Positions 56,237 through 64,000 of a stretch of 64,000 bases of DNA are shown here, piece by piece. The notes below the pieces were generated by a model. That model was not told the origin of the DNA, did not search any database, and was given only the letters and a program-made list of their open reading frames with translations. The DNA lies in assembly GCA_048882505.1 (NCBI GenBank), contig JBHLRO010000003.1:82265-146264 (forward strand), given 5' to 3'. The stretch comes from Candidatus Thorarchaeota archaeon (GTDB lineage: Archaea; Asgardarchaeota; Heimdallarchaeia; Hodarchaeales; Hodarchaeaceae). Positions within the stretch are counted from its first letter, which is position 1. Each line of letters opens with the position of its first letter. The translations under genes were made by a program, and so were the position numbers.

Positions 56237-57790
56237 TTAAAATTCTGAGGAGTACCGCTGTACAAGTGATTGTGTTTCCTTAAGATATTCCTCCAACCTT
56301 ATCTTATCAATTCGCTCCTTTATTGAGTAACTCTGAATTACCGAATCCCATTTCTGAAAATCCTCATTTATTTTGTTAATCTCCAATTTGATCCTATCTT
56401 CCAAGCGGTGAAATTGATTGATTTTTGCTTCCTCTTCTATCTGTTCGAGTATTGATAACGCATTTTCAAATTCGCCCTCAATAATCAACAGTTTTGCTTT
56501 GAGAATGGAAAACTCAACAAGTGTAGGAGAAAAACACTGCTCAGCCTTGCTATCAAATTGATCGTCGATTAATCTGTGGGCTTCATGGAGGACCGTTTTG
56601 TCTTCTGCGATTTTAAATTCGTCCAGGTAAAGCTCGATCAAATGAAAGACAACTATAAATGATAGATCTTTATCTACGGTCGCTAATGCAGATACCGATT
56701 GTGGAACATTCTCCTTGTTTAATAAATCAAAAAAGATTCCCTGTGCTTTTGCTCTATCAATAATACGCGAACTAGACTTTAGAAAGATTGCTTCAGCGAG
56801 AGAACCGTTTAATTGCACTATTTTATTAGGCGAACTACGGGCAAATTCCTGAAATCGGAGAATCGCATTCTGTGCTTTTGATCGATTCTTCGATTCAATA
56901 TAAAGCTGAATCAGAGGTAGAAAGCTATATGAAAGCACAACAGGATTTCCAATACTAAGGCAGAAATCGAAGGCATGTTCTAAAACCTTTTCGGCCATCT
57001 CTAATTCCCCTAGTTGATAATACATTAAACCTTTCAGGGAATTGACTAAACTTATTCCTTGAACATCGCTTATTGAAACAAAGAGTTCCATGGCTTCAGT
57101 TAGTTTGTCATTAACGCTGCCAAGATCCCCTTCTCTGAGAAATTGTTGCCCTTGCCAGGCAAAAATCCACGCCATCCCTTGCTTTGCACCAATCGATTCA
57201 AAGTAGCCAAGACTAGCTTCAAGTAGTTTGATATACCCAGTTCGATCTTTCATCGCTTGTTTGATAAATGCCATATAGTATAATGCTTTCCCTCTGATGT
57301 ACAGGTTAGTTTTGTTTAATTCCAGACTCTTTTCGAAATGTTTGTACGCCAAATCATTATTGATTTGGTAATAGTGTGCCATCCCAAGCAGATACTCAAG
57401 GAATGACCTCCAAAAGCAGACTACATCCGATTGATCTGAAAAGGTTTGAAATTTTCTCTTGATCGCCCTTTTCGCTGTCATCCCACTCGTTATTGCCTCA
57501 GTAATATGGCCATCAGTGATTTGAACATTCATGATTGATATTAAATTAATCAAACTCGAAATCGAAAACGAATCATCAAAATCAATCTCTGGAATTTTAT
57601 CTACGAGAGTTTTTGCCTGATCAATCTTACCAAGGCGGATTAGAGTTCTGATATGATAAGAAAGACAAATTGCAATTTCAAGCTCAGTCAAGGTGGAAGA
57701 GGGATCTACGTAACCTGGTTTTTCCAATTCCTCTAGAAGATTAACATATTCACCAGTCACATAAAGGTGCTCTAGTCTTTCCTGATCCAT
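56237..57790 (-). CDS. TPR-repeat protein (third TPR paralog, no hydrolase domain)
   Basis: The 517-aa protein is all-helical. Its TPR-like repeats resemble the N-terminal regions of the two TPR/CN-hydrolase proteins. Confidence 0.55.
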   Translation of the reverse strand: MDQERLEHLYVTGEYVNLLEELEKPGYVDPSSTLTELEIAICLSYHIRTLIRLGKIDQAKTLVDKIPEIDFDDSFSISSLINLISIMNVQITDGHITEAITSGMTAKRAIKRKFQTFSDQSDVVCFWRSFLEYLLGMAHYYQINNDLAYKHFEKSLELNKTNLYIRGKALYYMAFIKQAMKDRTGYIKLLEASLGYFESIGAKQGMAWIFAWQGQQFLREGDLGSVNDKLTEAMELFVSISDVQGISLVNSLKGLMYYQLGELEMAEKVLEHAFDFCLSIGNPVVLSYSFLPLIQLYIESKNRSKAQNAILRFQEFARSSPNKIVQLNGSLAEAIFLKSSSRIIDRAKAQGIFFDLLNKENVPQSVSALATVDKDLSFIVVFHLIELYLDEFKIAEDKTVLHEAHRLIDDQFDSKAEQCFSPTLVEFSILKAKLLIIEGEFENALSILEQIEEEAKINQFHRLEDRIKLEINKINEDFQKWDSVIQSYSIKERIDKIRLEEYLKETQSLVQRYSSEF

Positions 57791-58142
57791 TTATACTCAA
57801 AATCCCTTCAATTCTCATCTTATATCCAGATTAAAATTCACAAGTAACTGTGATTCTTAGATGTCGGAAAATCATCCTTCTTTTCTAACAAAAACAGCCC
57901 GATTTTAATACCATCTTCTACGAATAGCGACCGACCCCTGTGTAAATATCTTTCACATTAAATGTGTTTTAATTTGATTTCATCAACGGTAAATCCATTA
58001 CCAGCAAAATGCCAATTCTTAAGTCCAGATTTTAAGAACCTCTTTGAAATACACAGAATTTTCCTTTATTCTACTGAAAGCCTTATAAGAAACTAGGCAT
58101 ATTGTGATATCGCTTAACCAGAAATAGCTTATGAGCGAAAAA

Positions 58143-59104
58143 ATGGGGAATCAAAACTGGCAAGGCCAATTCGGATTTTACTATTTGGTTTAGAAAGGAG
58201 CGGTAAAACAACACTGGTCAATTCATTTCAGGCAGGTCAGTTCACGGAGGGAACACCGTTTACGGCTCAAAGCTTATCAGAACTCACTTACAATAATACG
58301 CATTTTAGTATCCTAGAGATCGGAGGAAGACGAGAAGTAAGAAATTTCGTCTCGGAGTTTGTCGGGTATGTGGACGCGATTATCTTCGTTATAGATGGAA
58401 GCGATGAACGAAAGTTTGATGAAGTGGCCTCGGAGTTCCAAAAAATACTTACTCATCCTCAATCAACAGGAAAACCAATAGCGGTTCTTTTTCACAAAAA
58501 TGACATTGCACTCATCCATCCGTCCATCATCATTGAGCGGCTCGATCTGCTCGATAGGTACGATCGGCCCCATAGAGTGTTCTTGAGTACTGCACAAGAG
58601 CCTCGTGAGTTCGAACGAGTTCTTACTTGGATCCAAACGCGTCTCAATGAAGACGAGACCCTAGTGGATGACCAAGAAGCCAGGCTGTTTAGAATTTATA
58701 TTCTCGATATGTTGAATAACCAACAGGAGGGACTGGCGATTCTAGCTTTACTCGGTCAGCTCGAAATAATGGCTCGCACTGGACAGGTAAGCTATGATCG
58801 AGATAAAATCCTAACCATCCTACGTAAGTCCAGGGCGGCTGGGGAATTAGAATTTAACGAGCATTATAAAATTTGGAAAGTAACGGAAAAGGGGAAAGAA
58901 ATACTAAATACGTCAGACTTGATAGAGAGCAGCAAATATGAAAAGATCAAATCTCTGATTGACGAATCCAACATCGCTTCTGGTTCTTCTAAAGACAAAG
59001 AATCAATTGGATACAGAGAACAGAAAGAATTATTAGAGGAATTTGATCTAGAAGAGCTCGCAGAACTGTATAAGAAAAAATCTGATGAAAAACGTGGGTA
59101 TTAG
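58143..59104 (+). CDS. Arf/Sar-family small GTPase with a ~150-aa C-terminal extension; 5' end disrupted (apparent -1 frameshift) or non-canonical start
   Basis: The frame containing the 58370 ORF extends upstream to 58118. It encodes RILLFGLERSGKTTLV (G1), FTEGTPFT (switch I), HFSILEIGGR (G3), VDAIIFVIDGSDE and AVLFHKNDIA (G4 variant). There is no ATG/GTG/TTG in that frame. An ATG at 58143 encoding MGNQNWQGQ... (Arf-like MGN start) lies in a different frame and stops at 58194. Confidence 0.6.
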
Positions 59105-59200
59105 CTGTTACAGCGTTATCTCTTATCAATTTTGATAGATTTTTGTTTCGAAGCTCCGCTTTGCCTTTCAACGAGTTCCCTCAATAATCTTTGGTTCTTC

Positions 59201-59317
59201 AAGAGCCAGACAATCAATTGGATATAGGGAACAGAAAGATCTCCTTGATGAATTTGATATAGAGGAGCCTGTGAAACTGTACGAAGAGAAATCCGATGAA
59301 AAACGTTGTTATTAATC
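59201..59317 (+). repeat. Degenerate direct duplication of the last ~37 codons of the GTPase gene
   Basis: Segment 59201-59317 translates to ARQSIGYREQKDLLDEFDIEEPVKLYEEKSDEKRCY*. The gene end at 58991-59104 reads KESIGYREQKELLEEFDLEELAELYKKKSDEKRGY*. Nucleotide identity over the aligned stretch is about 80%. Confidence 0.6.
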
Positions 59318-59404
59318 GTTTCAAGTCATAACTTGGTGGGATCTTCCAAAACTTACCTTGAAATAAGATCAGAGGTGTTGTTTAACGCGGTGAGCTCATT
59401 TTCC

Positions 59405-59737
59405 TTACGGAAGACTATATATTAGATCATAGGTCTTGAAAGCTAAGTTGAAAACAATTAAAACGAAAATAGAACCTCCTAGAAATACTAGCCCCTCTAT
59501 CAACAATAGAACAGGCAAATCCACAATAAAAACTAATGGCATGTTAATAAGGTAGCCAATTGAAAAAAATCCAACTAAAAAGGTGGCAATTTTCCATCTT
59601 TTAACAATCCGAGTTTCTTTTAGGAGTTCCTGAATTCTACGGGAATAGATCCATGCGGTAGCAAAAAAAACGAACCCGACGAGACAACAAATTGTGTTGA
59701 AAATCTGTAGCATGAATAGAATATCTGCATCAGCCAA
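59405..59737 (-). CDS. Small membrane protein (3 TM)
   Basis: The 110-aa protein has three hydrophobic helices and lies in a GTPase-flanking position. Confidence 0.4.
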   Translation of the reverse strand: MADADILFMLQIFNTICCLVGFVFFATAWIYSRRIQELLKETRIVKRWKIATFLVGFFSIGYLINMPLVFIVDLPVLLLIEGLVFLGGSIFVLIVFNLAFKTYDLIYSLP

Positions 59738-59882
59738 TAGCTATCACCGTACCTATTAATCATTGAATAAGATTAATATGAGTCACACAAATGATAATAG
59801 GTATATATGTCCATTCTGAACCGATATTAATAATAGGCCGAATACAAGAGGATATATTCAACTTTTTTGGAACTATCGGCAA

Positions 59883-60419
59883 TTGAATGTTGTGTTTCGA
59901 ATAAAAATACTTACGGGGTTTCAAATGCGAGCTGTATTCGTGGCTGGTCTCACAGAGCTTGGTCCTGGAATCATCAATCTTTGTCCAGAAACTACACTAG
60001 ATGAAGAAGAGCGAATAAAGCTTGCTCTAAAAATAATCCCCGCTGGCGGTATGGAGGGTGATTTTGTTGTCGTTAGCTTCAAGAAGGTGTTTAAAGCAGC
60101 GGCAATTATCGTTCCGGTTCCAGCGTTTGATGAGTCACAGGATGTGCGTGGCTCATATGCAGCTTTCGGATTCCTGCTTGATAAAAATGTAAATTCTTTA
60201 CCATATCAAGATATACTGAAGGAGATAACAGAGGTTTGCAAAAAGAATAATATTCTTTCAGTTCCTATATTAAAGAATCTCTGTACCGAACTGTATACAA
60301 CGTTGAAAGAGTCCCGCAACCTAAACCTTAAGATTAGTTATGGAGTGGAAGTTAAACTACCGTTCAACCCTCTAAAGACCACTGGGGAAACGTTACGAGA
60401 CGCAATGAAGCGTTTATAA
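59883..60419 (+). CDS. Hypothetical soluble protein
   Basis: The ORF is 178 aa, or about 163 aa from the internal Met at MRAVFVAGL. It resembles no family I can name. Its composition reads as coding. Confidence 0.35.
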   Translation: MNVVFRIKILTGFQMRAVFVAGLTELGPGIINLCPETTLDEEERIKLALKIIPAGGMEGDFVVVSFKKVFKAAAIIVPVPAFDESQDVRGSYAAFGFLLDKNVNSLPYQDILKEITEVCKKNNILSVPILKNLCTELYTTLKESRNLNLKISYGVEVKLPFNPLKTTGETLRDAMKRL

Positions 60420-61393
60420 TTCCGGAAGTATTTCCAGTTCATTTAACGATTGAAAAAGCGGTTCAAAATCAAAGTTTAGGATTACAAGATTGTAAAAGTT
60501 ATAATTAATGTTGTACTTTAGCAGCCATTGTTGCCATAAGATACTGAACTGATAAAGTTTCATGAATTGCCTATGCCTCCTGTTAAAGAGTTTGTTTGGG
60601 CAGAAGATTGATCGACAGGTTATGTAAGCTTTGCTATAGTTTTTAAAGATAGGAGGGAATAAAAAAGACAGATTATGAAAAAAAAAAGCTTCTATATCCT
60701 GAATAATTACACAAAACATCAGAATTTCATTAATTAAAACATTAAACAAGATAAACCTAAGGTTGCAGTGTGTTTTGTTGATGATTAGGCCTATGATCCG
60801 AACTTCTCCTCACGCACACCAGAAAACTACTCTTACCTAGCGTACAGGAATAATAGGATTCAATGATAACCATAAACGATTGAAATCCAGACTTTATTTT
60901 TTAAAAAAGCCAGAACGATATTCGAAATTTCAGTAGAACAACATCCCTCTTAGTTGTGGTTCCTGTTTTGTATGTTGTTCATCATCACTAAACGGGGTTT
61001 TTTTTGGCAATAATTAGCGATATTTAACCCGTTTTACTTCCTAATTACATATGTAAGAAAAGAAGGAATCAATTTAAAGGATAATTGGCGGAATGAATCC
61101 TGTTATCTTTCATCACCTTGGACCTTCCCTCCATCTCCCGTGAACTTTCATATCCTCATTAAAGGACATAACAAATCATTGAGAGACGTGGATTTCATTG
61201 AAAAACATCGAAGTTTCTCTCCAATTTCCATACTAGAGAAACCAATTGTTAATATAACTTTAGATTTTGAAGAGGGAACCTTATTCCTCATTCATGTCAT
61301 CAATCGTATGGTGTTGATTTGATTAATCTTACTTTAGAAAGATATTTTGGGATTAATCGCTATTACACCACAAACAACGATGAGGAAACTGCC

Positions 61394-61564
61394 ATGCAAA
61401 GATGTCCTGTTTGCGGAATGATGGTGGATGAACACAGATCGCCTTCCACAGTTTACAAAGGAAAGACGTTCTACTTTCATAAACCAATGCATAAGGAAAT
61501 GTTCGATAAGGATCCTGAAAAATTCTTAAGCAGACAACAAAATTCCAGTGGAATGCATATGTAA
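61394..61564 (+). CDS. YHS-domain small metal-binding protein
   Basis: From the internal Met, MQRCPVCGMMVDEHRSPSTVYKGKTFYFHKPMHKEMFDKDPEKFL matches the YHS domain (C.VCGM.V......Y.G..YYFCS..C...F). The tracked ORF starts at 61319, but its first 25 codons are AT-rich and likely non-coding. Confidence 0.5.
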   Translation: MQRCPVCGMMVDEHRSPSTVYKGKTFYFHKPMHKEMFDKDPEKFLSRQQNSSGMHM

Positions 61565-61808
61565 AACAATCAACAGAGTAAGGAAATGGGACAGGTAAGG
61601 TAGAATCTTGTCCATTCCTTTCTTTTTTTGATAGGAATATCTGATCTTAATATATAGGTAAAATGTAAATTTTTAATGCTAAATATCAATAAGGATCGAG
61701 GGAGGAATATTCTTCAGATTAATTTGATCTAAAAACCATAAGGGTTGACCCATCAAAACCTACAAAACTTAGAATTGCTTTCGATGCGACCATATTAACC
61801 CAAGAGGG

Positions 61809-62768
61809 TTGTTTATTGTGGATAACGATTATAGCGAAAATATTGATCCTTACATAATTAGGTATAGTCCACTTACGCTCCCAATCGCGTCAAGAGACGA
61901 AGGATTCTATAAAGGTACTCCTGGTAAACTTATTCCTTCTGATGACGTCGTGACGTTTCTTGAAACTTTATCACCGATCAACGAATTCGAATATGCACAC
62001 GTTGATAGAAAAAGTTCATCTCTATCCTTAGGATACGAGATCAAGCCTGTAGACAATATTAATGTCATTTATCTGATGATAAATCCTGAATTTCATCATT
62101 TAGCGTTAATCCCTGCCAATGGTCTTGTGATCGCTCATCATAAAATCAGCTGCTACAAGAATCCTGTATATCAAGGTATGCTTAAACTAGCTGAAATTAA
62201 CGGGTTTAATATCTACAACTTCCACCTAGCCTGGGACTCAATGGAAGGCGGTATTGGCGACTCTTTTTTATCCTATCTCGGTTTTACGAAAAATCAGTTC
62301 ATTAAAATTAATCTACCGTACAAGGGGCATCAAATCCGAAATTTGGGTGCAATTCTGAGAGCTAAAATCTCCTTAAAAAGCATTATTAGCAGGCTGAAGT
62401 CCTTGGGAGTTGATCCCAAAGTAATCTACAATCCAAGATGCAAAGGTAATAAGGTTGGATATATTCCCGGAGGAGGATTTAATGATCAAACGATCTTGAC
62501 TATGGCTGAACTGGGCGTGGATATTCTCATATCATCCGACCATAATTGGGTAGCTCAAACTATGGCTCGAGAGGTTGGCATGACTCTGATTGATATAGAC
62601 CATTATAGGAGCGAATGTTTTGGTCTACAATCCCTTCAATCCAGAATGACTAAAAAATTCCCATTAACACCATTCATAATCTTGGAACAGGTTAAACATG
62701 ATCAATGTGACCCAGTCAAATGCTCTTGTGATGGTCTCGAGTCTGGAAATAACTGTACATGTAGCTAG
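61809..62768 (+). CDS. NIF3-family dinuclear-metal-centre protein with a Cys-rich C-terminal tail
   Basis: NIF3 motifs are present: YNFHLAWDSMEGGIGDSFLSYLGF and GYIPGGGFNDQTILTMAELGVDILISSDHNWVAQTMAREVGMTLIDIDHYRSECFG. The tail is KHDQCDPVKCSCDGLESGNNCTCS. Confidence 0.7.
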   Translation: MFIVDNDYSENIDPYIIRYSPLTLPIASRDEGFYKGTPGKLIPSDDVVTFLETLSPINEFEYAHVDRKSSSLSLGYEIKPVDNINVIYLMINPEFHHLALIPANGLVIAHHKISCYKNPVYQGMLKLAEINGFNIYNFHLAWDSMEGGIGDSFLSYLGFTKNQFIKINLPYKGHQIRNLGAILRAKISLKSIISRLKSLGVDPKVIYNPRCKGNKVGYIPGGGFNDQTILTMAELGVDILISSDHNWVAQTMAREVGMTLIDIDHYRSECFGLQSLQSRMTKKFPLTPFIILEQVKHDQCDPVKCSCDGLESGNNCTCS

Positions 62769-62958
62769 GTAATATTCCTAGCTCTTACATTCAATGAATC
62801 TTTTACAATATAACAAAAGCTTGGCCTCGAAGTTTTAACTGTAAATTATCTGTTCCTTTTGTTCGATAACCCGGTACAACAGTGGTTTAATTTTTAAATC
62901 CAAATTTCAATAAGAAATCGAGGGCATTTCTTGCCCACAATACATTGAGGTAACCAAC

Positions 62959-63201
62959 ATGAAATATGACAAATCCATCCAAGAAACGTCGGTCTTGAAG
63001 CTAAAGATTGGGGGAATGAACTGTGGTAGATGTGTATCCCGAGTGGAACAAGCAGTAGGTAACTTGGCAGGGATAGAAGCTGTGTCAGTAAGCATTATAG
63101 CAGATGAAGCTGTAGTCGTGTATAATACCTATCTAACAAGTCAATCTGACATTGTTAACAGCATACAAAGACTTGGATACTCAGCTATGCCAATTTCCTA
63201 A
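62959..63201 (+). CDS. Heavy-metal-associated (HMA) domain copper chaperone, CopZ-like
   Basis: The MxCxxC metal-binding motif is GMNCGRCVSRVEQAV, and the 80-aa protein has a ferredoxin-like HMA fold pattern. Confidence 0.7.
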   Translation: MKYDKSIQETSVLKLKIGGMNCGRCVSRVEQAVGNLAGIEAVSVSIIADEAVVVYNTYLTSQSDIVNSIQRLGYSAMPIS

Positions 63202-63254
63202 TTAAATAAGACAACGTTAAAGCAGTTCTCATAAAAAAAGCAAGAGAAGTTTCT

Positions 63255-64000
63255 TTATTCATTTTCCCATAATCTGATGAATTCCATAATTAAACGAACC
63301 CCAAATCCTGTCGCACCTTTTTTGGGATTATAATATTGAGGCTTTCCTCCATAGTTAAAACCCTTAAAAGCGACCCCAGCAATATCAATGTGGGCCCACG
63401 GATAAGCAGTGAATTGTTTCAAAAACATTGCAGCGGTAACGGAACTTCCGTAACGCCCGCCAGAATGCTTAAAATCAGCATGTGGGCTTTTGAGATACTC
63501 GAAATAATCCGAATCTAAAGGCATCTGCCACAAATAGTCCCCACTCTTACGTCCAGCTTTGAAAAGAACTTCAGCCAACTCTGCTGCCGCCTCATTGACA
63601 TAAAGCCCAGCGTTGACATGTCCGAGGGCCACCATAATCCCTCCAGTTAGTGTTGCAATGTCAATTACCAGGTCTGGATCGTATTTTTTCGCATAATCTA
63701 GCGCATCTGCAAGTAAATTTCGTCCTTCCGCGTCCGTGCTAATAATTTCCACCTGTTTCCCGGCTCGCGACTCTATAATATCTCCTGGACGGTAGGCTTG
63801 TGCGTCTGGCACATTTGGTGTGGCAGGAACCAGCCCGACAACACGAACATTTGGCTTTAGGAGAGCGATTGATTTCATTACTCCGATGACTGTTCCGCCT
63901 CCTGACATATCATAAAACATCGGAAGCATCCCGTCACCAGATTTGAGGTTCATTCCTCCAGTATCAAAAGTTATTCCCTTACCTACAAGACATATCGTCT
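63255..64000 (-). CDS. pepA: M17 leucyl aminopeptidase, C-terminal catalytic domain (N-terminus lies beyond the window end)
   Basis: The M17 signature is NTDAEGRL-like (DAEGRNLLADAL) with the flanking metal ligands. VIDIATLTGG and the C-terminal block are conserved. The reading frame stays open to position 64000. Confidence 0.8.
   Translation of the reverse strand, partial: TICLVGKGITFDTGGMNLKSGDGMLPMFYDMSGGGTVIGVMKSIALLKPNVRVVGLVPATPNVPDAQAYRPGDIIESRAGKQVEIISTDAEGRNLLADALDYAKKYDPDLVIDIATLTGGIMVALGHVNAGLYVNEAAAELAEVLFKAGRKSGDYLWQMPLDSDYFEYLKSPHADFKHSGGRYGSSVTAAMFLKQFTAYPWAHIDIAGVAFKGFNYGGKPQYYNPKKGATGFGVRLIMEFIRLWENE

Noticed and set aside
60414-60749. 111-aa minus-strand ORF and the 61140-61322 60-aa ORF in the AT-rich island
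   Set aside because: The translations are dominated by N/I/F/L/K from AT-rich sequence, have no motifs, and overlap a region better interpreted as non-coding.
1-64000. CRISPR arrays, IS elements, integrases, prophage genes
   Set aside because: No regularly spaced direct repeats, transposase or integrase motifs, or phage structural proteins were seen. The only repeats are the gene-tail duplication at 59201-59317 and the inverted paralog 3' ends.

Overview
This 64-kb window reads as an archaeal chromosome segment of about 40% GC with dense coding on both strands. The archaeal assignment rests on the long archaeal/eukaryal-type PheS and PheT, two PurP genes (an archaea-specific purine enzyme) and promoter-like TATA boxes. 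I found no rRNA, tRNA, CRISPR array, integrase or transposase. The content falls into four blocks. (1) Housekeeping and repair: RidA, endonuclease V, pheS-pheT, a HAD phosphatase, and an orphan beta-class SPPY DNA methyltransferase. (2) A fatty-acid beta-oxidation set: an SCP2 protein, a thiolase, a 3-hydroxyacyl-CoA dehydrogenase/enoyl-CoA hydratase fusion, and, separated from these, an APH-like kinase gene coupled to an acyl-CoA dehydrogenase gene, resembling a split ACAD10/11. (3) A purine supercluster of about 17 kb: purC-folD-purN-purE-purB-purF-purD-purM, a PurS-PurL fusion, purQ, two tandem purP, a fused guaA, and a few embedded genes of unknown function. (4) An accessory-like set of unusual genes. 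These are two paralogous proteins in which a TPR array is fused to a nitrilase-superfamily (CN-hydrolase) domain, in inverted orientation about 15 kb apart. There is also a third TPR-only paralog, a legumain-like C13 protease, a Y_phosphatase3-domain protein, a METTL16/RlmF-like methyltransferase, and a cluster of eukaryote-like trafficking signatures. The trafficking signatures are an Arf/Sar-family small GTPase with an apparent frameshift at its start and a duplicated 3' tail, a roadblock plus DENN-like protein, and a V4R-like protein adjacent to a tandem longin-like protein (a TRAPP-like pairing). Together they suggest an Asgard-type archaeon, but that is inference from motif recognition only. 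All calls come from reading the six-frame translations; no database searches were run.
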